From Podarcis liolepis (lineage: Eukaryota): a stretch of DNA of 64,000 nt. The DNA lies in NCBI GenBank assembly GCA_965112155.1, contig OZ218111.1. One strand, 5' to 3'. A program made the position numbers and the translations under genes. The notes under the pieces were generated by a model. That model was given only the letters and a program-made list of their open reading frames with translations, searched no databases and was not told the DNA's origin. Positions 36,101 through 51,100 of the stretch are shown here, piece after piece; position 1 is the first letter of the stretch; each line of letters starts with the position of its first letter.

Positions 36101-39100
36101 TTGGACTGTTCTGGCTCTTGGAGCTGTTGGGAGTGGCAAAATAAAGAGACATAAAAAGTCCTGTACTCTGTTTAAATTAAACTACTTGTTTGTTTAAATA
36201 TAAATGCCTGGTGCATTTATTAACATGGAATACAGACACACAGCCCAGCACCTGCCAAACCTGAATCACACACCTGGTTGATTGCTAGCTTACTTTTTCT
36301 GCAATGAGATAAATTTCAGCCATGAATATAATGGGTGCTGTTGCAGGAGATATTCAAAATGTATTCCATGCACGCCTCTGATAACACAACACAGCCCTAG
36401 GGACATGAAAATGCAAATGGCCTCACCTGTCAAAGTTCCGAAGCAGCGGGAAAAAGAAATGACCAGCAACTGGACCAAATCTGTTGGGGGCAGATGGTGG
36501 CTTTGCTCGGGACTGGCCCTGTTCCAAAGAAAGTGAAAGGTCAGGCAGGAGAACCGTCACTAGCAAGTGAGACTTGACGAAGACCCCAGAAGAGGCTTCA
36601 TGGATGCAATGTTTTGTTCCACTCTCCCTTAAACAGACCAATCTGCTTTCCTTGTGAGGGATCATTGTAGGACTCTTAGGGTCCCTTTCAATTCTATGAT
36701 TCTATGAATTTCAGACATGCCAATCCAGATCCACGGTAATGCTTTGATTACTTGGAAACATAGTTAATCAGCTTAGCATCAGTTTTAAAGGGCACTGGTG
36801 TCTAAAACATGAAATGTGTTGCCATTTGCCCATAAGTAAGAAAAGGGAAGTTTCCTTTGAAATGCTTAAGCACCTTTGTGGTTAGCAATGCAACATCTTA
36901 TGACCAAGTTCAGCCACAGACAGGGAAAGTACATCTATTTCTGAATTTCAGGTGGTATCAGCCTAACTCAAAAACAAGTGATGTCGGGGGGGGGGGGGGG
37001 TGATGTTTGGTGGCGGAGGGCAGGACCAAATTGTGGAATGTGATTGTACTGCATCACTTTCTATGGCACAGATCCGTGGGAGGGAAATATGGAGGCAATA
37101 AAAGACGGGAGATAGGACTGAAAAGTTGTCCTCTCTTGAGATGACCGTCAGAGGCAGGAGGCCCATCTCAGGATGAAAATAAGAATATGCTATAGCTTTT
37201 CTTTTCCTGGAACAGGATGTGCTTTTGAAATAAAAAGTATGCTAAGCGTTTCATTGCTGTGTTGACTGGCTCTTTAAGGCAAACAGTCTGTATCCTGGAG
37301 TAGTGGTTCAGAAGGAGCCACAGGTCACATGAGTTAATATAATTGTTAATTGTTACTTTGACCAGATCAGGGATAGAACTCTCAAGGTGCTTCCACCAAT
37401 GTAGTCCTATCAGGAGAGATCCAGGACAGGCCAGAACAGGTCTGTAACTTATAGACATGGAGGGTGGGGGTTGAAAGCTGAGGAGAGCCAATCAAACAAG
37501 ACCCTAATAACATTATGGGCTGCTGTCTCTCCTGGGCTGAGTAAAGGAAGATTCTATGAAGGCCTTCAGAACAAAGAGAGAACTCTGCTCCATATGGGTA
37601 GGTGAATGTATGGTCCCTCCCATTATCAGAAGTTTGGGAAGCCTGAACTAAACAGAAAAGCATATTTTTGGATGGAGTGGGAGACCCTTAAGCCCTTGAA
37701 TACAAGACCAGCTCGTCTGTCTGCACTGATGTGCCCCTGCTGCTGCAAAAGGCAGTTTTGCATTTCCTGGCTTCACCTTTGCAAACCTTCTGGTCTTGCT
37801 TCGGATCCTTTCATCCACAACTTTTTGCCAGTCCGGAGAAGAGCTGTTGCTAGACAGGATCTGGATGCTGGGCTGTTTCAGACTAGGAAGCTGCTTTGCT
37901 TTAGGAGAAAAGGGCTGAGAGAGTTCCTGGGCTGCTCTGGCCAGCACCTGAGTGAATAGACAAGAGGCTGTCAGGAACTTCTAGCCTGACAGTGCATCCC
38001 ACTCGCTTCACAAGGACAGCAAATATAAAACACAGAGCATCATTCAAACTACAATAAACCATTTACAATAGCAAAATAAGGGATGCGGGAGTCAGAACTT
38101 CACATGTACACAACTTCATGGCAGAGGTGAGGGATGAACTGGGGAGCTTCCGACAGGTAAATCAGTCTCTTAGCTGCAATGCAACACTACCTCTTGCAAG
38201 GCTTGCTTATAATATGCTGGAAAAGGGCCACTTACATCCAGGATGTCCATGCGCTGGCGGAGACTATAGTTCAGGGAGTAGAACTCAGAGGTCAGAAATT
38301 GGGCCACCTAGGCGACAGGAAACAAAGGTGAGTTTAGAGCTGTTCTGTGGCTCCTTAGTCTTAACAAGCTGCCCTATGAATTTGGCAAACTAGGGGCAGA
38401 GGAAAGAAGGCAGAGGAACAGACCACTCCTGTTCCAGTGCTTCCGCCCATGGCTTTCCTTCTCCTTCCTAGCAAGATGCTTTCCCTGTCCACCTAGTGCC
38501 ACCTTACCAATCTCCTCGTCTTACCAGACCCTTAGCTAGATTCTCAAATGGCCCTCTCTCCAAGCCTGGCTAAGAAAGGCCAGCTGCAGATCCTCAGCCC
38601 CTGCAGTCAGAACCAAAGACAGCACAAGGACTCACTGGTGTTGGGTCTGTGACAGCGATGGCCACCAGAGCGCCTTGACGAAGCCCCACAAAGCCTTCTA
38701 TGTAGCTCTTCTCGTCTAGATGCAGCAGGACCTTTGCCAGTTCCACACTCACCTGCACAAAAATACCAGAGAGTGTATGTGTGTGTGTTCTGAAGTCTCA
38801 GCCATTGAAGAGGCTTGATTTTTCAGGCAGGTTATGTTGAGAGTCAGCTGGTCTCATCGAGTGTAATAAAAAGTTTGCAGGGGTCAGGGAGGAGATGACA
38901 GTCCCCCTCTCCTGCTGCCACCATGACACCCTACGTTGGGTGTTCAAGAGGTCTCCAAGGTTGCCTAGATTGATCATCCTGCCAAGGAGCTTCAATGTAT
39001 GGGCAGAGCAACTGGAGATCATCTAAAGTCCTAACTGCGTCTCCCCCCTCACACCCCAAATATGCTATTTTGCCTTGGACAGCAAAGAAGCACCAGAACT

Positions 39101-42100
39101 ACAGAGAACTGTCATTGCCTTCCAATGGCAAAGGGGACCACCCTCCTGTATTTCTCACTCATCAAGGGCAAGCCCCTGAGCCCCAACAAGTTCTCATGGG
39201 TTATCTCTAAAGCTGAATCAAGATCAAACCAAAAACCAGGAGGCACAGGTCACATTTACTTCTCGTGCAGCTGCCACATTCCTTCGGATCAAAGTCTCCA
39301 GGGTGCTCATTGTGGCTTCATACTTGTCCGGATCTTCGGGACCAGTCAGGACTGAGAGAAAGGAAAGAGGAGAAGGAAGCTTGCATTTCACTTCCCAGTT
39401 GTCCAGTCAAGTTAATGCTGTACCAGGAATATATGTTACGCAGAAAGTTCATGTAATCATATGCTTTAAACTGAAAGATTTGGGTTTGCAAATAATTGTG
39501 GCAGTCTTTCATAGATAGCTCTGGGACAAAAGTAGCCACTGAAGTGCCTTTCAAAATTTCCTTAACTCCAACACCCATTAGCCCATGAGCGATGGTTAGG
39601 GGATGATGGGAATTGGAGTCCAGCCCCATCAGTTAGGCACCATGTTGACTTGCCCTAGTTTTGGAGACAGAAGATAGCAAAGAAGTGCAGGAGGCTCTGA
39701 ATAAGGCATAGAATGTGTCAGCCCAACAGAAAAGCCACAGGATGTTTCACGGGCAATAAATGTGTTTACTTCAACCAGGAAACACAACACATGTTGAGAG
39801 CCACTGCCGCGTCCTCAGTTTCTTGGATGAAAGGTGGGATAGAAACAAACAAAACATCCCAGAAAGCTAGTTCACATGTCACACTAAACCATAGGCTTGC
39901 ACAACTTGAACAACCATGATAAAGCCGCATGGCACACTTCCTTTCTTCCCCCAAGAAGTTCCAAAGCTTTTGCTTCTGTATTTGATTAACCACAGCTTGC
40001 TATGCTGTACAGACCAGAAACAGTGGTTAATTTTAACTATGGTTAGTTTAAACAAGCCAGCTTCAGTAACTATGGTTTGAAGTTTGCTTGATCGAAACTA
40101 TCCAGTTGGTGTCAGTCAGTTTGCTGGTCTGGACAATGCAGTTAAGCAAAAGTGGAAACAAACGCTTCCAAATTGTTTCTCCTGGTCAAATGAGAGGAGG
40201 GAAGGGGAAGGGGAAGTCTGAAGGCCCATGGCTCACTGCGGCTCATTCTTACTTGCTCTTGTCATGCTAACTATGGTTTAGTGTGTCATGTGAGCAATGC
40301 TATGGACTTCATACAGTCTTATCCCTTATCACTTACTTTCAATACAGTCTCGGATGTAGGTGGGAGCCTTGGTCTTCTTCAGTTCTTTGTCCTCTGACAT
40401 GTCATACGGAACGAGGTCATCATCGCTGAAAAAGAAACAAATTTAAATTCTTCCTCAAATGAGCTTCGATTCATGCACACAGTGTGAAGATCCTACATTG
40501 TATCTATCTTCTTGCTTGGCAACAACATTTTGGCACATACCTATCAAGCTCAGAGTCATCCTCCTGGTCCAATCCTTCAGAAGCACTTGGCTGTGGTTTC
40601 ACACTGGGTTTGAGAACAGTGCCTGGTGTCATGGCTGGTCTGCTGTTCCTGCAGCAGCAAAAAAAAAAAAAGTTCCTACCAACTGAGGGGAAAGTCTTGC
40701 TTATGCTGATAATAGGAAAGTGGTGCAACAGCAGGTGAAAACATAACTATTATACAAACATGCTGCTAATTAGCCTGGGTTCTAAAACGTCAGAAGTTAT
40801 GTCCTGAAACTCCACAAAGAAATAAGAAAACTGTTATGTAGATAAAAGATCCCATTTGCACAGAATGCTTTAGTTTTTAGCTATCATGTTTTAGTGCAGC
40901 AGAGAGCTTCTTGGCTCACGTGATCTTTCCCTTTATTCCCCTCCTTTGGCATAGCCATGGTGAGAGGTCTGGGAACACCTGCTTCCTATTTTAAATCAAA
41001 CACAGTTTATGATTACATTTGAAAGGAACAAACTGTGGTTAGCCTAAACCATGCTTTGTTGAAACAAGGTTAGATCAAACCAGTTTATAATCCTGGCTTA
41101 TTCAACAAAGTGTATTTTAGCACCACACAAATTAACACAGATTAGTTTTGACTATGGTTTAGCTTTATGTGTTAAGTAGGCCAAAGTCTCCAGCGGAGAA
41201 AACAATGACAAGAAGCAGGCAGTGCAAGTTGAAGCTGAAGGAGTCTAAAAAACTTACCCAATGCTCTGGGAATCACTCTCAGGAATCTGCTCTGGCCTCT
41301 GAATCAGCAAGGTCTTTAAATCTCTGATCTCATCATCTTCTTCATACTAACACATTGAGAACAAAGCAAAACATTAAGATAGAATAAGAGGACTAGTACA
41401 CAGGTTGGCTCTTGCATAAAGGCAAGCGGCAGCCGTGATTTGATTTACTAAGTCCATTCTTGGGATGGCGCTTGTTGTTTCACCTCAGAAAATGGTTGAA
41501 ACAGGTTGACCCGCAAGGTTTGTAACAAGAGACAGGTGCCTGCTTAAAAGCAAGGCCAGACTCGACTAAATGTTGGTTGGATTCAGACACAACAGGAACC
41601 CACAGTTTCCTGCTAAATGAATGAACAAGCCTCACACTTGCATACTTTCCCTCCTGGCCTCTTGTACAGCCACAACGAGACATAAGGTTTTGCTTCCATT
41701 TTTGAAACAATCCACATTTGCCTATTACAACCTGATTTGAAAGACCATGGTTTGTTTCAACTGTGGTTTCAGAAAAAAAAGCCAGGATCTGAAGCCACAG
41801 TCTTGCAAACCAGTCCCCCAAGTTTGGACCTAAGAAAACAAACAAACAAACAAACAAACAAACAAACAAAGTTTGGACCTAACAAAGAGATGTTGCCTTT
41901 CTAAAAGCAGAAGCAAAAGTTTGCGCTCTCCTCCCGAGAGGCAAAGGTTCCTACACACTTGTTCACATGGTGGGAAATCCTGATTTCCCATTATATTTAA
42001 ACAGAACCATTCTCTCTGTCACACACACAAACATATACACACAACAATTTTAAATGACAGAAGCTGGGACACAATACCAAAGGTATATTCCACTAGCATG

Positions 42101-45100
42101 TTTAACGGATTTTTTCCCTGCCACAACCGAACACTGCAGAAAGTTCACTTGGCTGTCTCACCTGAAATTTCAGAGCGGGGCCTTCAGGCATTACCCTGGC
42201 ACTGACGCACTCGGCCACAACCATCCCCATATGGCGGATCTTTGGCAAGTTGCTGTCCAGGTGACACTTCATCCCTTCCATCATGACTGTGAGTAGCTCT
42301 GGAAGGACAAGCAGAAGGTGACCAGGAAAATTCAGCAAAAAGCACAATAGCCAACTCTGACATATTTAAAACCTGATAAGCAGGTGTTGTGCTTTCCACA
42401 ATGGGGCAAATATATATTTTGGCATCTTTTGAACCATCTGCTATGGCTTTCCAATGCAAGCAGAAGAAGACAGTGCTGACCTTTCCTTTCCTTTCCTTTT
42501 CTTCTTCTTTTAGCGGTGGGGGTACACTACTCAAAGGAATAGCCAGCTAAACACAGGTTAAAACAGAAACAAAACACTTTAATGGCTACAAAATGTATTA
42601 CTTCCAAACGTTTTATGGACTGCGAAGAATGATGGTTCTAATGAGGCAGACTCATAATAAATGTGCTAGTCTTTTTTGGTTTTTTACAGAAAAATAAAGA
42701 ATTTTCATTGTATATTTAAGAAGTATACAATGCAACATAATAGTATGAGATCCGTTTCTTTTCTCCTTTTCCATAGACTCAACAATGTCTATGGTACCTT
42801 TTCTTGAACCTTGAATACATTACAAGACAGAAACCACACAAGACAACCCCACAACCTGCACTCATTTTATTTTTTAAAAAAGAGTCCTTAATGTTAACAG
42901 GAGAGCCCAGCTGGGTACTGATCCACGGTACATACTGGCTGATTTGCACAATGATCCACAGATAAAGACCTGTTTCTGCCCGTGGGTCAAAATTAAAATC
43001 CTTAACAGGCCTGTGATCTTCCATCACTAATAACATATCATAAGCAACACTCTGCACCAGTACTCCAAGCTCAAAGCACGTGACCATCCCATGAACATCC
43101 TTCAACAACCTACTGCCCTTCGGATACTTTGGCCTACAACTCCCATCAGCCCCAGCCAGCACACACATGCTAGGTGGGTCTGATGGGAGTTGTAGGCCAA
43201 AAACATCTGGAGGTCTCAAGGTTAGGGAAGGCTGCCACAGGTGGACTATCACACCCTATGTTGGGTTACTTCTCAGTTGATCTCTATTGGCAAGACATCC
43301 TACTGATCTCGCCACATCTCAATAAACTGCAGTTTTATGACATTCACACCAAGATAATAGGTTCTATCCAATGGTGGTCCTGTGCAGAATAGTCCCACTG
43401 AAGAGAATGAACAGGGCAACCTTAGGCTTCTTCATTTCAATAAGTATACTCTGAGTAAGACTGGCACTGGATACAACCAATTGCCACAGCCACCCTGTGA
43501 GCATCTCCCAAGGTAGTCACCATGAAGATTTTGAGGCCCAGAGGCCCAAGATGCCAGCTTGGTCCTTTTTTCTCTCCCTTACCTTGTCTGTCACTCAGTA
43601 TTTCTGCTTCTTTCAGATGAGAGAGGCAGATCAGAATGGCCTTGCTGATGTACAGCTGCTGCTCCACTGGGGAGTGCTTCACAGCAGTGCTGCTTCCCCA
43701 GGTCTCCAGCAGCTCTTTCAAAACCTGTGTTAGAAACCTAAGTGTCGGGTTCAACGTGTCATTCTGCCCCTGTCCCCACAAGCCTCCTTTTGGGGCCTCT
43801 TAGCATAATAACCCAGCAGTGACCGACTCCCTTCGTCCACCAGAAGAGGCACCTTCGCAGTAAGTGCCAATGAACCCAATTCCACTTTGTATGAGGAAGT
43901 CTTCTGCTGGAGCCAGACCTATGCCTCTTAAAAGCTTGGTTAAGATCTCTCGTCATCCCCTTTTTATCCAGAAGCAAAATTTGGGGGTGTAAAGACTCTC
44001 CAATTACCAGCAGGGTCAAGGAGGAGTAAGTTGTACAGAACCTCTTAGTCAAGGCACTAACTCTCAATGTCTCAGGATCATCTGCCCTGTGCTTTACTAA
44101 GAAAGCTTTGCCCTGCATATCTGGGCTGAATTGCCACCTGGGGCCTCCTCTCAAGGGTTGGGCTCCAGGGAGACAGTCCCGCCAGTGTGTGCAGACCTTG
44201 CTCCTTGGGCTCAGGATGTCTTGGGAGAAAGGTGTGTGTGTGTGTGTGTGTGTTTCTTTGCAACAGTCCCAGCTACAACCCCCCTGCCCTCCAGATGGAG
44301 CAGCCAGAACACAACATTCTCATCAATCTGCTGGAAGGAACACATGGCTGCATCTGAAATCCCACCAACTTTTTCAGTCGGTTAGTGATTATCGCCTCCT
44401 CTTCCCACCCTAGCAAGCTAAACCAGAAGAGGTGAGGATGGAGAACCCAACTTGGTTTCAGTGCAATGGTGCTCCATAAACATCTAATATTCCCCAGAAC
44501 TAGAAAATCCTCTCTCGCACAGGATATTCAGCATCTTGTGACAAGTGGGAGAGCCAACCTTATGAAAAGATCTCATCCACTGACAGAGAAAGGCTACTCT
44601 GAAATGACCACCCATTTATCTCACTTTTAAACCTTTAGTTTGTTAGCACACGGAAAAGGAGTGAAACACAGGCTGGCAAGATCAGTGGCCCTGGGGTCAC
44701 TCCTCTTTCATTCTAAGTTAGTTCTGATGTGTTTTTATTACATTATATAGAACAGGGGTGGGAAGGTACTCCTATGAACTCTTTACCAAGTTGCATGTTA
44801 TCTCTTTATCTCACACATATATAGAAATATATTTTGCTAGCCGTCACCCTGCTTACCTTGATCAGTAAGAGACGCCGCATGTTGTCCAGGGCTAGATATC
44901 CAAGGAGGTTCTGGAGCACCATAGTCTGTATTAATGAAACCACAGAGCTCATACGCATGACAAACAATGGAAATCACGGCAGACCCTTTGAGAAAGGAAC
45001 ACTCTCAATATCTTCCGGTAAGCTATGAACTATAAAGCAAACCGGGTGACCTACTGTTCAGGTCATTATATGGGAATATGAGCTTGACAATGAATGTTCA

Positions 45101-48100
45101 TAGTGGACCAATTTGTTGTAATTGTAAAATTTACAAATATGCTCAGTATACCAATACAATATGCATTGTGTTGATATTGTAAAAGAAAATTGAAAGAAAA
45201 AAAAAACAGTGCATGCAATTTACAGGTTTATGGTCAGAAAGCAGGATGGCAGGGTTATTTCCTTAAATCAGGGTTAGCCAATGTGATGTCCTCCTGATGC
45301 TGCCAGCCCACGTTTCCCCAAACCTGCCTCAGAAGGGGCACCCTGAAACTTGTACTTGCAAGTCCAAGAGCACAAGCACCGCAACATCACAACTTGTAAA
45401 AACACAGGTCACCCATCTTAGACATAGCATATAATGCCATCCCAACAAACATGCTTGCCTCCTGATTAATGACATCCAAGGACTCTCACCGGATAGCTAT
45501 ACTGAAGCAGCAGCATCTTCTGGGTCATCACAAATTGAGCCTTCTTGCTTTTGACAACCAAATTCCCCAACAATCGTGACAGCACGGCAGGTCTAGCAAT
45601 ACAGACAAAGCAACATTTCAACCATGAGTGTGTTTTTTTCTAAATCGGTGCTGTTTTAAAATCGCAACTGGATCACAAGACTAGATGATTCACAAACAGA
45701 GTCTGGAAGGTATTGGCAAAGCAATATTCAAGTTCCCATCCTATAAGGACAGATAAAAGCAAGGGAGATGTCTCTCTGCTCAAATCAAATATGTCTGAAA
45801 GACCAGCCTCTGCCTAACCAAACTTTTAAGCTCCTTTTCAGGTGCTGTATTGGGGTGCTCCCACTGAATAAAGAGAGATGGACAACCACCAGAGAGAAGG
45901 CCTTTTTGGTATTGGCACCTAGTAATGGAACTCCCTTCCCAGGAAGGCTTGCCTGGTGTCATCCCTGTCAACTTTTCAGTGCCAGGTAGAGACCTCTCTC
46001 GTTACCCAGGCCACCTAAACAACTTATATTGCCAGGTTCTCTCCAGTTTTTAAGTCTGTGTTTTACATCTTGGCGATGCTGTGACCTGTGTTTTTCTTGT
46101 AGTTATTTCAGTTTATATTTTAACGGTCTTATATTCAGATTGTTTTAAAGAGTCATTTATTGTAAGTTGCCCAAAGGGCTGTGTTTTATGAGGAGGCATA
46201 CAAATAAATAAATGAAATAAATAAGCCTTCCTCCTTTCCAAACTTCAACAGGTGAAGGCTGAAAGGAAATCTAATTTGTAGTGCAGAGAGAACCATTTTC
46301 AACAGCTGCAAGGCTACAAAGAGGCATGACATGCTCCTATTGTTCCACGCAGAGGTTTGGCTGCTTACCCTGCTGCTGCCTGAACAAAGCCGCAGACGAC
46401 AGGTTCCACCCAGCGATCCGGCACGCTCTCCACCAGTCGCCAGCATATCCTCTGCCAGATGCAGTCAGACTGGGTACGGTCCGTCAGCTGGGGCACCAGC
46501 ACGTTCAGGATTTCTTCTGCATCCCAAAAGAAGAAGAAAAGGAGTTGCTTTGAAATCAGAAAGGGAAGAACAAACATCCTTTTTACTTCCTTATTTATTT
46601 ATTTTTTTGGCCAATAGTTAAGATAATTTGGGTGGTGGGAAGAGGGGGATCTTTCCTGCTGTTCTTCGAGAAGGAGAGCTTTTAAAAACATTTTAATAAG
46701 AATGCCCTTCACACATCATATAACATTGTTCTTCGCCACTGTAAACCATGGCATTATATATTCCTTCCATTGCATTGTTCTTTAAAAGTCTGCCTCCTAG
46801 TGGCTGAAAAAGCGATAACAGCTGCCTTTTCTTAAGCAGTGCTCAGTCTTAAGTGTTCAACATGTCTGTTGAGATCAAGTCATTTAAAGAGCGACATAGA
46901 ATACGAAAGAAAAATTGGTTATCAAACCAATGCTCCCTGTTTATCCAGCATCCAGTTCCTCTTCCAGGCCACCTGCCTGGCTGTCCGGGTCATTTATAGG
47001 TTAGACAGTTTCTAAGAATTCATCATCGCAGAGGTGGCTAACCTCCAGTCTGGGGGAAGGAATCACATGAACCCAAGGTTCACTGCAGCTCATGCACGCC
47101 ACAATAAACCATGGTTTAGCTTTACCAGGTAACTTGATTATGTATTCCAGCTGACTTTCCTTGTCTCTTCCTCACGTGGTTTATTGTGATATGCAAGAGC
47201 ACCCAATGACTCCACAGGCCATGGGGTGGGGGTGCAGGGAGAAGAGGGCAAGTCAGCAGGAACAGTAAATCAAGTTATCTGGAAAAGCTAAAAGCTCTCC
47301 ATGAATTAACCCTTGGAATTCTCAGTGGCCCAAAATCATCATTTGTTGTTATTATTAACTAACACTATTATCAAGTTGCTTAATATTTCCAGGTTCCAGA
47401 GACTCCAGCCTCCTCATAAGACAATAATCTTCATAGAGTTGTAACTCTAGAGGCTAAATACTTTTTACGATATGGTGTAATTTCTTACACTTCATTAGGC
47501 ACATACACTTAAATCTTCAGAATGAGTGTGACTGTTTTTTGTGAAATGAGCTCCTGCGAAATGCCAAGCTTGGGGACTTGGTGCATAAAGCAGTTGTAGG
47601 GCACAGGCTCTGTACTCATAAGGTCCCAAGTCCAATCCCCGGCAACTTCAGTTCAGGTAACAGGACTGCAGGAGGAAAATCTGTCTGAGACCTTGGAGTG
47701 CTACTGACAGATTGCTAGGCACAGCTAGATCGACCAATGGTCTGACTCAGCATAAAGCTGCTTCAAATGTTCATATGAACCACACTACCAACTGCAACAC
47801 TCTTACCAGCCTACATAGGAGTTCTTTGAAGCATCATTACATCAAGAGATAATCAATCGCTGCAGTTTGATTCAACCAGTGACAGAGCAGAGAGAAAGCA
47901 GCTTTGAAAGCAGACATGTTGAAAGGAAGTTATGGCTTACTGCAAGCTTTAAAGAGCACTCACTTTGTCTTCCATGCATGCATACCTTCCCTAGCACCTG
48001 GGACACAAAGGAGATTGAGCAATCCAAGCCACCTGGAATACAAGAAAAGCCACATTAGTCGATGAATCCATCAGATCACAGAACTGAGACTGAAGCTCCA

Positions 48101-51100
48101 GCTGCAAAGCTTCCATGAAGATGAATAGAGAACTAGCATAGACGTGGAAGTCCTCAGGGGAAGTCAATAACCTGGAGCTATGTATAAAAAAATAAAAAAT
48201 TGTCCAGTAGCACCTTAGAGACCAACTAAGTTTGTTCTTGGTATAAGTGCATGCACACTTCTTCAGATAAAGCTTACACCAGAAGAAACTGTTAGTGAGC
48301 TAAACACGAAAAATGAAAAGTGGGTCCATGCAAGTGAGGATGACAAAGTCCTTTCAGAAGAATAAAACTCACTACTCAATGAAAGCCTCGTTATGAGGTT
48401 TGAGAGAAGCCAGCTCTGCACAAAACAGGTTGGCGTTCCTTTCAAGGCTAGGAAGACTAATCCATTTCTGTAAGATCACGAACGACCACAGATCCAGCTG
48501 GTTACACAGCAAACCACTACCCACCCCCTCCAGGGGTGCTGGGAAAGTTCCCCATCAAAAACTCCAGAGAGCCACGGCTGGTCAGTGTACCCTGAGATAG
48601 GTGCAAAGCACCATCTGCATCACTGGCACAATATAAATCAATAAACTACTGCATACCTGCAAAAGATTTTTTGAATTCTCCAGGCCTAAGACTCACACTG
48701 ACAACAATGGGATTTAAATGTATTTTATTTTGGTTGGGCTGCACACACACACCATTCTGCCTTTAATTATTCACATGCACTTAAAGATATACGGGTGTCA
48801 GGTTATTATTTTAAGTAACGATGTAATTTGATAGCTGTGATCACTGTGTTGGCACCAAGAAATACAAATATAGTTTATTGGACCAAGTTCAGTTTGTAAG
48901 TTTGGTCTTCACAGAGCTCTTTATCAAGCAGTAGCTAGACAAAAAATTATCCACAACTAAGAATTCTGGAAAAAACAAAAACCTCAAAAGTATTTGCATA
49001 CTCCTACTATACCAATGTAGGTTCATGATATAAAACTATTGCTTTGTCTAGTGCTAAAATTACAGGCAGTCAAATGGGGAGAGGCTACTCCCCCTAACTT
49101 TTGTGTTGGGTTCCTTTTGCTTCCATTTTAAAAGACTAAGGGAGGACATGATTTGGTCCTCTATCTCTATTCAATGGTCACTAGCTAGGATCCTTCCCCT
49201 GTTTCTGTAACTATGTACCTGGCTGAGGACAGCAATCTGGTCTTCAGCTATGCATTTCTTGGTTTGGTTGAGACCAGCCATGCAGTTTCACCTGTGTTAA
49301 CTGATTTATTTGGAAGACAAGAGGCAAAGTCTGGCCCCTTTATATTTTCTGAAACCTCCTTAGCTATTGTTTCCAAAAGGTTGTGGGGAAGCCTGTCGTT
49401 TGGCTAAATTTGGGAGGAAGCAGTGGCAAGTCTTGCAGATTTCATTAAGGGTCCCCTTCCCTTCCCTCCGCCCTCCCCTAATTTCAGAAATGGTTTTAAA
49501 TACTTGTTATTCTTAGCCACGGCCTGTCAGTGCAGCAGCAGCAGCAGATCCTGTGAAATCTCACCTCGCAGTGAATCAGAGATCCTCTCCAGCACCTGGA
49601 CCATCTCCAAACCAAGCAGCGGGAAGTAGTTTTGGGGGAAGAAGACTGGCCGGTTTTCTTCCTGGAGCTTGTTGCCTAGGTGATCAGGGAGACAGGCCAC
49701 CTTATTGAGGATGGCCTCCTGTAGCACTGAAGGGCCAGCCTGTGTTTGTTGTTTGCAGACTTCCCACATCAGAGCAGACAGTCCAGCTCTCTGCAGGAAC
49801 TGCTCCAGCACATCAACGACTTTATTCAGACGGAAACTGGGCCTGCATGGAAAGGTATTTTTCTGCCTTTATTTTCAATTCATAAGGAAAAAGCAACTCA
49901 ACAGATAACATCATCACCTGCAATTCTGGTGGTTGTTTTTTAAACCACACTTTTCTATGATTCCTGGTTGTGGCCAAAGACTTGAAAATGTATAAGCAAT
50001 GTTTATTGAGGACTCACAGATGTCCATCAAGCTGCTCTAGAATCATAGAATTTTAGGGTGTATCCAACATTAGGTATACTCAAAGCACACCCATTGAAAT
50101 CAACTAAGGAACATCAATTTCTGTTAGCTACCACCTTTAGAATTGGAAGGAATTTTAAAGGTCATCTAACCCAACTACAGGAAAGAATTATAGCATCCTT
50201 GACCAATGGCAGTTCAGTCTTCCTTTAAACACATCCACACCACAATTATTTCCACACTCTCATCCCATAACTCTTGTATAACTCCTGCAACCACACATCT
50301 CCTTTCTTTGAACCTCAGGATGATATCCCTTACTAAGGGATTCAAAATTCTGTAAAGCCCAAAATATTGCACCGAAGAATCATGATAATAACTTTTGCAA
50401 AGTGAGAGGTAAAATAAAAGCATATTTGGGTTCTGTCCATGCAGTACTGTATATTGAAACATTTACCAGGTTCAGAAATAACACTACACTACAGTTCAAT
50501 ATTAGGAAAATGAGTCTTGGGATCATGCTCTTTCTCCTCTTCACTACTTCTTGGCATGTATGAGAAGATCAAAAGCCTTTGCTTTTGTTTTTTGAATTAA
50601 CCACAATCACCTGTTATTTCTAAAGGTGTGAACTATGGTTTGCACTAACAGCAGCTAGTTAAAAAACATTGTTTTGAGTCTTGTTTGTTTTAAGTAACCA
50701 CAGTTAGACAAACCTCAGTTCCTAAGTTAGAACATACAGGGATCTGTGATTAGTTTTAAAGGGAAAGGAGAATCTCTCAATCTTCTCATGAACACTTCTC
50801 ATGAAGAGGAGGGCACATGAGACCAAGATTTAGCCATGCTCATTCTCATCATGCAAAACCATGCTCTAGAGTTACATCTGAATGCAGCCAATGACTCAGT
50901 TCAGATGTTATGCCAAACCATGGCTGAATGATTAGGCACACCCTCAGCCCCTTGGTATTGCCTTCCATCTATGGCTTGTGGCAAACTAGTTTGCCCTTAC
51001 ATCCAAACTCAGAAACTACAGTTTGTAATTGCCTTGAAACCTAAGATGGGCAAACAGACTCAAACTAGGAGGGAGAAGACACAGTGCATGAGCACAAGGT

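Noticed and set aside
42779-43252. 157-aa - strand ORF in a TELO2 intron
   Set aside because: Begins in a MITE and is not needed for the continuous TELO2 frame
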